Positions 1 through 14,654 of a stretch of 64,000 bases of DNA are shown one piece after another (the stretch's first letter is position 1; each line of letters opens with the position of its first letter). The notes under the pieces are model-generated. The model saw only the letters and a list, made by a program, of their open reading frames with translations, had not been told where the DNA came from and did not search any database. Source of the DNA: the human T2T-CHM13v2.0 reference genome, Homo sapiens. The stretch lies in the NCBI RefSeq assembly GCF_009914755.1, contig NC_060945.1. One strand, written 5' to 3'. The translations under genes and the position numbers were made by a program.

Positions 1-797
1 AACAAAAGAGTTAACAATATTGTTAACAATAACAAGAGTTAGCCATGAAGTAATTAGGATATAGTACTTGAAACTGGCACCACCTTTTACCAGGCATTAC
101 AATATTGCTATGAGTTCACAAAGCTCTGTTAGAGCAGAGGAAAAAGAAGGATTTGAATTCTGTCACTGTACTAGCAACACCACCTAGGGATGAGGAAGAC
201 AATATCTAATAGAATAACAAATAAAGTAAGTATACATGATTCATCAAGCTCTTCAATAAAAATGTATTTTAGAATTTATCAACATCCCTTTTGAATCATG
301 TTTCAAAAATCACACAATCTGTTCAAACACGGATAGACCCCCAGATAAATCAGAATCTCTCTCTCTGTTACCACGCCTCTGTGGACTTAGAAATCACCAC
401 TTAGATTTGTAAACAAGGCTTAGTTTCATTATTGTAAATCAATTTGGCAGGACTTATCACTCCACAGAGAGCTGAAATAATTGAATTTCTGGACTTCTAA
501 GGAAGAAGGTTTAAGTACATTAAGGCTTCCAAAAGGAAGATCACCAACTCTTCTTTAGCAGAAAATGCCCCTGGAGAATTTTGAACCATTTCTTGATCTA
601 GTGGCAACTGGATGTTATCAGTGGCAACTAAGGTATCTGTCTACACCTGCTGAGGCTCACAAGTAAAAACTAAAAAGTACTGTGAATCTCTGTGATAATG
701 GAGCGTAAAGCTACCACTTAAGTCTTTATTACTAGTAAGTAACGGATTTTAAGAAAAAAAGAGATACTCAAATCTATCTATAGATAACCAAAAAACC

Positions 798-911
798 AAA
801 CAAAACACCCAGAAAAATCTAAGGTTGAAGAACATATATAATTTGAGACTTTTGAAACAAAACACCCAGAAAAATCTAAGGTTGAAGAACATGTATAATT
901 TGAGACTTCTG
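798..911. repeat. 57-bp tandem duplication (2 copies, 2 mismatches)
   Basis: aaacaaaacacccagaaaaatctaaggttgaagaacat(a/g)tataatttgagactt(t/c)tg at 798-854 and 855-911. Confidence 0.95.
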
Positions 912-3900
912 ATCAGAGCCTTCCTCAATAATGTAAGTTTAAAAACTATTACCAAAGTGACAAGATCCCATGTCAGATAGCAGAATGAGAACAAGGCTAC
1001 TCTTCAACTTAGTCATCCTCTTTTATCACTACAACTTCAATCATAGATGTAAATGGAAATTTCTGCTTCCTTTGCTACTTTTCTGCTTGACTGAATTTTA
1101 TAATGAAAAACGTCTGTTCCTTCCAGGCAGAGCACGAGTGTCATTCAAATTGTACACACCAGGCAAAGAGTGAATGCATTTGTTTAGATGCAAAAATCAT
1201 TTAAATATGTGTCATTATAGGCTGCAGCACATTTGCGGATTCGGCAGTTTAAAATTCTCTTAAGCAATAAAGCAAGGCATCAAATGAAAGTGCACTCAGG
1301 CTTCAAACATCTTCAGACTATGTTTTCCTGTTTGCACACAGCGAGCCCCGCCTTCCTTTCCTGACCCCACTCAAACAGAAAGCAGTGGAACCATGCCCTA
1401 GCCCATCCTATTACCCCAAACGTCTTCCAGGTCAGCAATCCAAAGTCACGTGAAAGCTCCATCTTCAGTTTCCCTCTCCAGGGAGCAAATATTTTGAAGA
1501 GCAAGCATTCCAAGCAAGCAGAAACTCAGCCTTTAAATCAAACTAAGCTTAAAAGTAAGGTCCTGCCGCACACAGAAGGCAACAGAAAAGTGTCTGAAGA
1601 GATAGCTCCCATTTTATATTTAACATTTAGAAATGAGAAAACTGTGTGTGATTAATGCTTATAATTAGAGGGGGTTAACCCTTATTTCAAATAATGTAGT
1701 TCCTGTCTTTCATTTAAAATTATAAAGATGACTAAAATGTACATGAAAGGAAAATTACAGTTAGGATCTGCTGTGTTTTAACCCAGAACTGTGGTTTTTT
1801 GAAGAAAATGCTGGAAAAGATTCTGATTTGGTAAGAATATCTGGATATGAGAATCTTCTAAGAAAGGTGATTTACCATTTTCAGGCCAAAGGCAGAGAGT
1901 TTCTAACAATGATAAAATTAACAGGCTGTAGGATCTTCATTCTCTAAGCTTCAGGTGACCCTTTTAATGACTAAATAAAGTGTGTACTCAAGGTCACCCA
2001 CGAGGAAGAAAAAGGTCAGTTCCCTCTCTTGAGGGACCCCCTCCCCACTCACGCTATTACACAGCAATTCTAGAGATTCACTTCATTTTTGGTTTATGTT
2101 CAAACTGTCTGGATATTTCAGGGCCTTCGCTTTTAAGTTTCCATAATAGGGCAGTTGACTATTTATATAAGTCCCTGGAAAATGTGTATTTTTAACGTCA
2201 TCTAGAGTAGGCCACCTTTGGGGGAAAACAGCTAATGGGTTAAAAAGCCAACTGGTGTACCAAGTATGTACAAAAGACATCTTTTATAACAGTTCTCACG
2301 TGCAAAAGAACATTCATTAAGTATAACAATAAATAACAGGCAATATGTGCATTTTTCCAGACCCTAAGCACTTGATAAAGCCATATTGTCATTTTACACT
2401 CATTTTTAGTAGCTGTTTAATTGGTATTCCTGTATAGGACAGTTTTGTAGGTTTCCGGATTATTTCACATTCTCTTCTTCCTAGTTATAAATTTTGGTAC
2501 AACTGTAAGCTCTCCTCACACTGTAATAATTACATTGCTGAGACCACATCTGTTTTTTTAAAAAAGATATTTTGCAAAAAATATATTTAAGTTGAAGTAT
2601 CTGAAATACTTTTCAACGTCAAACTTTGAGAGGATTATGCTTAATTATATATCTTCACATCTTTAAATTGTTAAAAATGAATGCATAAATATTTCCTAGG
2701 GATTTATGCTTGATTCATTTGATTCTTACATACTAGTTGTTATTTACCGGCAGAGAAAGCAAAAGCAAAAAAAAAGAAAGCAAAAACAACAAAAATAGTT
2801 GATTCTGGTGCTAGTCCAGAATCAGGTTGATTTCTGCATCAATAGCAGGGTTTCTACATTAAATTCATTCAAATTTAATTAGTTCTCTGCATAAAATCAA
2901 GGGTCTAGGAGAATTTAATAAAAGCTGAAAACAATCCTATCCTTTGCCTGAAACAGATTTTTATCCCAAATGGTACTCAGCAATAAGCCAACAGAGAAAA
3001 ATGGAATAACAGACATATGCCATGTTCACGAGTTCTCTGTTTAACCTAAGAAGTCTGAATTTGCCATTTTTTGATAAGGAACTGGTGTACATCTTAGAAG
3101 AAATATTCCATTGAGTCTGAATTCTTGGTGGAGCACCCGCAGAAAGAGAACCAGTAAATAGTATGTATGAGGCCTGGCCTGGACATAATGACTCAGGAAT
3201 CATCAATGCAGGCCTCTGAAAAACCACTGCACTTATGAGATCTCCTAGCAAGTATGTGTTGTGTGAGAAAATGGACAACCCCAGGGTACTCCTATTAAAC
3301 ACTGATATTTAGAATTTCTGAATTCTGATTCTAAATATTTTGCAATATTTGGAATTTCTGAATCCTAAATATTGCAAAAGGTGGCGCGGGGAGGACGGGG
3401 AAGGGAGCCTGAAAGGAAAATGGAGGACAGCAGAAAGAAAATCAGAAGCAGCAGAATGACATCAGTGTGGGGAGAATGCACCCATCAACCGATGCCACTG
3501 AGAGACTGTGGAGGACACAACAGTGCCCAGTGAGTCCGACAACCAGAATGATAGCAAAGAGCTCATTCCCTGGAGCTCAAGGAACAGATGCCTGATAACA
3601 GGTGACTGTGGAGGGAACTGGAGGTTACGAAGATCACACAGGAACTTCTGACTACCATATAAAGAAGCATATCTGTGAAGAGACAGAGCGAGGGTGGAAG
3701 TTAAAGGAATACACAGAGTTGAATGACTGGAGTGAGGGATCAGGGAGCTCTAAAGAAGAGGAAAAATATGAGAAGGCTAAATACTATTGAGATGTGAAAT
3801 TAAATACAGGGTCAGTAGGCCAAGGGTCTTTATGAAGTCAAAGATCAGATACAATGAGAGTAAAGGACCTACTGAAGAAGCTGTGTGCACAGATGCCCAG

Positions 3901-4589
3901 GAATTCAGACTCACCTAAGAATTTAGAACAAAGGTGGAAAAAGAAAACTAAGCTCAAATTATTTAAATAGTACAACAGGGTAACTTCTTGACATACTGAA
4001 CATGAGCCTATTCATGTTAAATATGCTTGGAGAATATCATTAGTCCATGGCTTACAATCAATTCTAAGCTTTCAAGAAAGCAAGAGCTACAGGACCTATT
4101 CATAAAAATATAGCAACATTGGGAAACTAATTATCTTCCCAGCTGATAAAGATACCATCCAATAAATAGGGGGATCTTCAGTGACATCCAAACCTTCAAA
4201 AAATATATTTTAAAATGTTATACCACGTTCTCGGAAGGTAGTTAACACTAAAAAAGATTTGGGGGAACTGAAGCTGAGTAATATTCTTGAAAATACAGGT
4301 ACCTAATCAATAAATAAAGAGAATGCCCCCCAAATTTTTCATGGCATGAAAATACTTAAAGGTTTAAGAGGGGAGTACCTACATCTATTAATACACCAAA
4401 CACCTACTGAAACGCCACATTCATGTAATCACTTAATAAAGACATTAAAATAGGATGACAGGAGTTCATGTTTAGCATTTATAAATAGTATCCTAACCTT
4501 TAAGGTACAACATAAGAATCTGAAATTTCTAAAATCTATTATCACTGAATAATATTTAGAAGCAGATTTCTGTGAAAATTAATTCTTAA

Positions 4590-4879
<290 letters not shown>

Positions 4880-5277
4880 TCTTTATCATTAGCCTTAAAA
4901 ACTAAGGACAATGAAACTATTATAAATGAATCTAATGGTATGTTTTATCTCTAAACACAGATGCCTCTGATACACTGACTTTTTACTAGACATGTGTAGG
5001 ATAGGTTTAACCCTATTTCTGGAGTTGAATGTTCTTTTTATTAAGATCCAAAGACACTTGGTTTCTTCTCTTCTGAGATCCCTATGTTACTTCTTGGTTG
5101 TTACATAAAACCTGCTCTTCCTTTGTTGATCAATAAGGAGTAAGTAAAGTAAATGATTTTGCCATAATCTCAGAAATTCTTTTAGGCATGTGAAATTGCT
5201 GCTCCACATCTTCTGTCTTTCTAATGTTTGGGCTATTCTTTCTTTTCCCTTTCCTTTTCCAATATTTGGCTACATCC

Positions 5278-5400
5278 TCAATTCATTCATTAAATCTATA
5301 TATTTATTAAATATGTACTATGTACCAGACATGTTCAAGCTCTGGGAATATTTCAGTGAATTGACAAAAGTCTCAATTATCGAAGAGCTTACATTTTGAA
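5278..5400 (-). mobile_element. L2 3'-end remnant
   Basis: attcattcatt...tatttatta...tactatgtaccagac...gagcttacatt resembles the reverse complement of the L2 3' terminus. Confidence 0.55.
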
Positions 5401-5993
5401 CAAAAAGCAATTATTTCCCAATGTTTGAGCACCGCAGGAAAGGGTTAACCATCAGCATCATGCACTACTTATTCACAATATAGCTGCACAATTATTGTTT
5501 CCTCTTATCAGGCCCTCAAAGCCACTGATTATAATACTTTGTCCCAACCTATTACCCTACAAGTTTGCTAGTAAAATTCGAAGATGACCAGGAGCTATTT
5601 GCAGGATACTACAGGCTATGAAAGTATTACTCCAGAGTATAATCAGTTTTTTCCCCAATCCAATTGTATCATCTATTAAAAGAGCTAACATAATAAAAAG
5701 CTATATCCTGATGCCCAGAATTTACAGCGTAACAAGGACTAAGAAAGCAGGTATCTTAGAGGTAACTTTAGCCTATTAATGACATGTGCAGTACAAATAA
5801 AACCACATTGAATGTACAGATATTTTTCTGGACATCGAATAAGAGAAATAATCAAATGAATTAATGTCTGTCCAAATCAAAAATCTCTACAAGTGTTCCA
5901 ACTTTAATGAACCAACTTAGTTCTATTCTAATTTTCTATTATTATTTCTCAAGGCTACCAACACAAACTACTTTCCCTGGAACATCCCCATGA

Positions 5994-6310
<317 letters not shown>

Positions 6311-6897
6311 CCATAAACATTTTTAAATCTACACCTCTTCATTTTCTTTACGTATCCCTCAGGATCCACATCATGGGTCTACTTTCTTTCAAACAACTTT
6401 TACCATATGCTCCAGCTCACACTACCATCTCCCTACCTCCTATGCTCACAACAACCCCTCATATGACTTACATTAAAAAGTTTACAATTATTAATTAGGA
6501 TTGGAAGTTTCCAACAGATTTGTAGTCAGGAGAGACTATTCAGGGAACATGAGTCTAGTTTTGATCACATTGAGTTTGAAGTTCCTGAACAAACACGTGT
6601 CACTAAAGGAGTGAAGATAAACATGCTTCTAGAGTAAAAACAATCACAAGTACAAACCTCTACAACATCTTACACAGGGAAATTCAGCCCTAAAGTCTAT
6701 CAAATGGGCATAAAGGTAATTTTATATTTGTATAATCTTAGGTTATAGCCAAGAAAAAGCAAACATCTTGTGAAGTTGAGATATAGCATACAACAAACTC
6801 AGCTCAATTAAACCACAGTTTAGCTTTATCTAATTCAAAGTTAGGACGCCTTTAACAGTAACTTGACTTGCAACTTCTAAGCTTAAAAGAAATTTTA

Positions 6898-7210
6898 GGC
6901 TGGGCGCAGTGGCTCACGCCTGTAATCCCGGCACTTTGGGAGGCCGAGGTGGGCGGATCACGAGATCAGGAGATGGAGACCATCCTGGCTAACACGATGA
7001 AACCCAGTCTCCACTAAAAATACAAAAAATTAGCCGGGCGTGGTTGTGGGCGCCTGTAGTCCCAGCTACTCAAGAGGCTGAGACAGGAGAATGGCGTGAA
7101 CCCAGGAGGCGGAGGCTGCGATGAGCCAAGACTGCGCCACTGCGCTCCAGCCTGGGCGACAGAGTGAGACTCTGTCTCAAAAAAAAAAAAAAAGAAAGAA
7201 AGAAAAAAAG
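6898..7210 (+). mobile_element. Alu (AluY-like)
   Basis: Diagnostic accatcctggctaacac and atggcgtgaacc; TSD AAAAGAAATTTT. Confidence 0.95.
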
Positions 7211-8878
7211 AAATTTTCCAGATTAAAACAAATGTCTGGAAACCTTAAACTCAACTTCTTCCTGCCATCAAATATAGGCCTCCTTGATCGATTTCTCCAT
7301 AACAAGAGGAGGTCATAAAAATCATTCACGGCCATCTCATTTAGTTGTCTCTTCTGCAACTTACTCCCTAAACTCTGTGCTTAAATAACTATTCTCCTGA
7401 TTTTTCCGCTGTAGGTCTTCCCACTATGGAACATGAGCCCACCCCTTTCCCTTCCCACCATCCTACTGGTATGGTTTTACCCCATATATGGCATCTGTAT
7501 TGTGAGTCTGCCAGAACGCTCATACTTAGGCGTATTTTTATCTTCGTATCTTACAACGCTGTTATTTTGTACTTTTGGCTTTTCTTTGTCTACAGTTAAT
7601 ATTTGCCCCATTTAAAAAATTTGCCTCATTTTCTATGCATCCATCAATACTGTATCTTTCCCAAACGCTCCAGTAGAACCCTAAGAAGCATGCTAAGTAC
7701 AGGAAAATCTTTAACGCAGGTAATGCATCAATGCCATTTTTTCCTGGAGGCCTCTCTCCTGCGACCAGCCTCGTTCGTCTCCTCCAATCTGGACTAGCTG
7801 CTCTCCAGACGGTTGCACAGCTGTTGCCTGAGATTTCCCTTCACTATAGGGTTTCAAAGCCAAAGCCTAAGACTCACTGACAGGAGAAGGAAAAAAAAAA
7901 AAAAAAAAAGACAGACACTCCTGGGATGCATCACCAACAAGTTGAAATTTATCAGGGGATATGGAAGAGGGAATGTTTAATGAAACCACTCAGTGACTAA
8001 TATGATAAAAGAGAAAGACGACAGAATTTATCCTTTCACTGAACACTGAAACAAATATTGAGAACCTTCTTTGTCAAGTACTAAAATCTGAATATTTCCT
8101 AACAGCCTTTGACACTGAAATTAAAATACGTCTTAATCCAGACTGTAGATTCATCTTTATGTCGTTTCTTATATCCATGATGCTTATTTGTGTACCTGAA
8201 AAAAAGCATATTCTTTTCCTCAGTGCTAATTGAGAACTGGCTTTAAAAATTCATTCTTTATTTAATCACAAACATCAAATAACTTTTTAAAAATATAATA
8301 CGTGAGAAAAAAATTGTCCTTAATTTCATTTCAGTATTCCCTTCATAATAAGTAAATAAACAGTTCTGCTTTTATGGGTATTATCTGGAATTATAAAGAT
8401 ATGCTGTACCTAATTCACAATAGTAAACTGAAAAATTTTAAGTCCACAAAGAAGCACTTGTTTAGTTCTTTTCCTAGGGAAGAAATACATCAAAAGTTCC
8501 CATAATTTATTATGAGAAGTCTATGTCTAATATATTTTACATATTTATATACTATTTTTAATGTAGTTCATTATTTAAAACATAATGAAAGCTTGGGTTT
8601 CATGGCAAAGGCTGAAGTTAATTCAGTTAATGCCATTATTTTATGTTGTATGTAAGCTACTCTTCTACCCCAAGAATCGTAATAATAGCTGTCTGTACCA
8701 CTCTAAACACTTCCTTAAATTTCATATTCTTCATCTGGCTACAATTATCCACATGGCATAAACCATAGAGCTCTCAATCCCAAAATCTTAAGTTTTGTCA
8801 CACACAAATTCTGTTTTCTACTACAGCTGTCTGGAAAGTTATTTACTGGCTTGAATGGTTAAAAAAAACATCAAACTC

Positions 8879-9177
8879 GGCAGGGTGTGGTGGCTCACGC
8901 CTGTAATCCCAGCACTTTGGGAGGCCGAGGCGCGGATCACCTGAGGTCGGGAGCTCGAGACCAGCCTGACCAACACGGAGAAACCCCGTCTCTACTAAAA
9001 ACAGAAAAATAGCTGGGCATGGTGGCACATGCCTGTAATCCCAGCTACTTGGCAGGCTTAGGCAGGAGAATCACTTGAACCCAGGAGGCGGAGGTTGGGG
9101 TGAGCTGAGATTGTGCCATTGCACTCCAGCCTGGGCAACAAAGAGTGAAACTCCATCTCAAAAAAAAAAAAAAAAAA
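8879..9177 (+). mobile_element. Alu (AluSp-like)
   Basis: gaggtcggg...cctgaccaacacggagaaacccc; TSD ATCAAACTC. Confidence 0.95.
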
Positions 9178-9956
9178 TCAAACTCAAGACAATATCTCAA
9201 GATTTTTATTTGCTTTGGGAAATGACACGATGAGAAGAGGGTTCTGAAGACAAAGGGGAAAACTGTTTCCTTTCTCTGCTTGGGGTAGGGACTGATGGAA
9301 ACACAGTGCTTGAGAAAGATGCTCAGAAGCGGCTAGAGTAGAAAAAGAACTTTGAAGAAAGTCCACTTTCTTCTTTGATTCCTCATCATAACCATTTGTA
9401 ATCATTTACCTCAGAATAAAAGAGAAAATTCCACGACAATAAACACAGCTTGAGGTTAGCTAGAAATACTGTTCACATTAAATTTATGGTAAAACAGCAA
9501 GCTGAAATGGTGTGGGAATTATCTAATAATTTCCAAGACTGAATTACGCAGCTATAAAGCAACAGCAGCTGTTTACTGGTTGGCCCAGAAAAGTTCACAT
9601 TTCAGACCACCAGATCAGACATAACAGTATTAATTCCTCATACAGGGAGAAATTTTTGAAGACTCAACATAACAGAAATCCAGTGTTCAGCTGATACGTT
9701 ATTAAATCTGACGGCATTTTTATGGCATTTTTAAACTATGACACAGCTTCAGGAAGTCCTGAAAACTTGAGCCTCTAAAGGCATTTTTGTCTTTTTTATA
9801 CAACATAGGTGCAAAAAGCTGAAAAATGTGACCATGACCGTGTGAAATTTAAATTATACCTTACTTTTTATTTTTACTTCTGTGGATGCCAGTGTCTGTC
9901 TTAGTCTGTTTCTCCCTATATACACTGTATATGGAAACCAACTAAAAGCCTATCTA

Positions 9957-10261
<305 letters not shown>

Positions 10262-10600
10262 GCAGCATCCATAAGAAATTAACACAAAATATGTTTAGCT
10301 GTTCATTTGAAAGCAAATGACTGGGGTTATAATTCACTTGTAACACTTAATAATCTCAAAGTTTTGATTTGTGAATTCCATTATCTCTTGGAGAAAGCTA
10401 CAACACACATATAATTAGTGGTCTAACTCAAATAGTGCTGGAATTTCCTATAGAAATGGCTAAGCATGAATAACCAAAGTCGCAGGTGATTCCTAAGATT
10501 CTGCTCATTTTTTAAGTTTTTTTTTAAGTTTTTTGTTTCTTTCTGCTCATTTTTTTTACATGACTGAATTAAAATAGCTTTTAAAAAATTTCCTGCTTTC

Positions 10601-10909
10601 CGCCGGGTTGTGGTGGCTCATGCCTGTAATCTCAGTACTTTGGGAGGCTGAGGCGGGTGGATCACGAGGTCAGGAGTTCAAGACCAGACTGGCCAAGGTG
10701 GTCAAATTCCGTCTCTACTAAAAATACAAAAAAAAATTAGCCAGTAGTGGTGGCAGGCACCTGTAATCCCAGCTACTCGGTAGGCTGAGGCAGAGAATGG
10801 CTTGAACTCAGGAGGCAGAGGTTGCAGTGAGCCAAGATCGCACCACTGCACTCCAGCCTGGGCGACGAAGCTAGACTCTATCTCAAAAAAAAAAAAAAAG
10901 AAAAAAAAA
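10601..10909 (+). mobile_element. Alu (AluSg-group)
   Basis: ggatcacgaggtcaggagttc, gaggcagagaat; TSD TCCTGCTTTC. Confidence 0.95.
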
Positions 10910-11369
10910 TCCTGCTTTCCAAAGATTACTGGTATCTTTTACTGGAAAATGGTTCCTAAAGACCATAATCTAGGTGCAGTACTGGTGTTTACCGCTACTG
11001 AGTTGGTCTTTTAGGCCTTTTCATTATTTTTAGGCCTGCAGCGGACAGTATTTATGGGGAAAAAATGTTATCTGAAATCTACAACAATATGTTATACTGA
11101 GAAATGATACCTAAAAGTCAAACTCATGACTACAGGGTATCTTTTTAATAGATTATATGTTACATGTGAATCTTCTTTTACCACATCAAAATTCTGATTC
11201 TCAAATACATGGGATGATTGAATTAAAATATCACACAACTATTCACTTATGTTACACCATATTACTTATGCACCAGGCTCAGAATTACACACTAATACTA
11301 CCACCATTAATAGAAAAACAGTTGTTTCTTTACCCACATCTTCTTCTCATTCTTCCCCATTAAAGTTAC

Positions 11370-11771
11370 TGTCACAACAAGGCTGTTTATTTCACCTGGG
11401 TGCAGGCAGGCTGAGTCCGAAAAAGAGTCAGGAAAGGGAGATGGGGTAGGGCCATTTTGTAAGATTCGGGTAGGTAAAGGAAAATTGCAGTCAAAGGGGG
11501 TTGTTCTCTGGGGGGCAGGGGTGGGGGTCACAGGGTGCTCAGTGGGGGAGTTTTTGAGCCAGGATGAGCCAGAAGAAGGAATTTCACAAGATAATGTCAT
11601 CACTTAAGGCAAGGACCGGCCATTTTCACTTCTTTTGTGGTGGAATGTCATCAGTTAAGGCAGGAACAGGCCATTTTCACTTCTTTTGTGATTCTTCACT
11701 TGCTTCGGGCCATCTGGGCGAATACGTGCAGGTCACAGGGGATGGTTTAGCTTGGGCTCAGAGGCCTGACA
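11370..11771 (-). mobile_element. HERV-H LTR7-family solo LTR with U5 deletion, same orientation as APP
   Basis: Minus strand starts TGTCAGGCCTCTGAGCCCAAGCTAA, carries the repeated ACAAAAGAAGTGAAAATGGCC...CTTAA(C/G)TGATGACATT blocks, ends GTGAAATAAACAGCCTTGTTGTGACA. 5-bp TSD GTTAC at 11365-11369 and 11772-11776. Confidence 0.92.
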
Positions 11772-12022
11772 GTTACAGAATCTCTTTATTGTCACAGCAT
11801 GTAGCTGTGGAATACTATATTATCATACTTTTTACCATCGTTGAGTCTTAGTTTTTATGTTTCTCCTTAATGCTCATTACCCATCCTTATATCAGTTTTT
11901 CTCTAGGTATTTTGGGTATCTGAAACTTGTTCTCTAGCAGATTCTACAGGAAAATAATGTGAAAATATGCCCTGAGTTATTGTACGTTGATATTTATTTC
12001 ATGTGATCATATCTGAATGTCA

Positions 12023-12367
<345 letters not shown>

Positions 12368-14309
12368 TCCTTGTTTTGCATTGGCTTTCTTTGATATGTT
12401 AAATGTTGCTTTATTTTCCTTTGGCATAAAGCACTGCTGTCAAAAAACTCTTATTAAAATATAGTTTCTTTGTAAGTGAAAAACAAAAATATTTCCTGCC
12501 CTCAAAAATTATAAACTTAGTTACCAAAAAGCAAAAAGTACTATGTGTATACATAAAAGCAATATACATTCATTACCATCTTGAAAACAATTATTTGGAT
12601 ATAAACTTTAAAATTATAAAATAATAGTATTCATTATAAATGAATGAAAACAGTAATGATTTTTAAAAACTACTACTCTTATCATGACCAATTACCTCTT
12701 CTTTTTGAAAAGTGAACTAGTTCCTACCTTAAAGACTTTGTTGACCCTCTGTCTGAATACCTAAAATACATCTCCTTTCTTGCCTTGAAATCTTATCCTT
12801 GAAATCTTGGCTCACAATGCTACTTCCTGTCAAGTCTTCCTTAAATTCCTGAGCTGAAATCCCATCCCCTTCAGGCCCACTATCAACTCTGTAAGAGGGA
12901 GGCCCACATTTCACCCACCTCCAGGGGCTCACACACTGTGGGTGATCAATAAAACGTACACAATGAATACGTAACTGACCTTTTATTGGTCAATTTTGTA
13001 GGACTTATTTCTCTGAGAATATTCAATTAACTACTTCCTAAGGTGGAAATTTGGAAAAGCAATATTTAAAATTGTTTAAATAGATTTAAATAGTAATTAT
13101 TTTAAATGGCCTTAAGTAGAAATTACAGGCGCTTTTACTCTATCAATAAAAAAATCATAGCTAAATGTAGGGGTATCCATGCTTATGTTAAACTCAGGAT
13201 CATAAATCAGTATTAAAATTTTCCTCCATATTTTCATAAACAATTATGTGGCGCATATATTTTATTACACCAACTATAAGATTTGCAAGGCATTCCGCCA
13301 ATAACTGTTATATAAAAATCAACTAAACACAAATTTATCTACCAGGATGTTTATCACAGCATCATTTATAACAACTATTACACCACCACAAAATAAAGAA
13401 AACCACCTAAATGACCATAAAAAAGAGTAAACACATTACAGTGTCTGGTGTGATGCTACATTAAAAATTATGCTCTCCAAGAATATTTAATTTCACAGGT
13501 AGAGTATTCTAAAAATGTTAGGTGTAAAAAGCAAGTCACAAAACAGGAAACGATTAAATAACACTAAAAACAAAAGCAAAACATACATGAAAAAAATGTA
13601 GACTGCAAGGAAGCCAAATGGTTTTGATTATTTTTAGCTAGTGGTTGTATTTTCTCAACTTTGTACGTTGAATATATGTTACTTTTGTAATCAGAGAAAT
13701 TTCTTTTGAGCACACATTTGCAATTCTTAGCATGTACTACAAATCAGATGTCCATTAGCCTTGCTATTCATTTTTCAAAGCAATTACTAACAAGCCTTGG
13801 GACAATATCATGCCAAATAAGCTGGGTTTCTTTTTCTCACCTATCATCTAGGACCTACAGAGATAGATAAATTCTGTGCTTCAAGAAAATATCAGCAAAG
13901 CCCACTCATAAGCCATAACAGCAGTTTTTCAAAAGTTATCGTTTCTTTTTAATGCCTCGTTACTTAATGACACCTGAATACAACTCCAGTAAAGAAGACA
14001 AAACTGAAGATGTAATGAAGTATAAATCACCCATGCTATTAGAGCTCTTATCAATCAAAACATTAGTTGTTAAAAGTCCCAGAAAGAGGACACAATACCA
14101 GGTACAATAATTAAAATGAAAAGAAACAAAACTGGAAACGGAGCCAAGAAACACCACTACGCTTCCTTCTTTTCAAAATGCGATTGTTAAAAAAGTCAGT
14201 CTCCTCAACTCATCCTCTGTCCTGAGTTTTAGAAAGCAAATCAAGCAGGAGCCAATGCAATTGAGGCAATTATGGAACTTGGGACAGGGCCAAGGAAGTG
14301 CTGCAGTGA

Positions 14310-14654
<345 letters not shown>

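Noticed and set aside
749-994. ORF with an internal peptide repeat
   Set aside because: Artefact of the 57-bp tandem duplication; no splice or coding evidence.
11307-11851. ORFs of 98 and 95 aa
   Set aside because: They lie within the non-coding LTR7; no gag/pol/env similarity and no internal HERV-H sequence.
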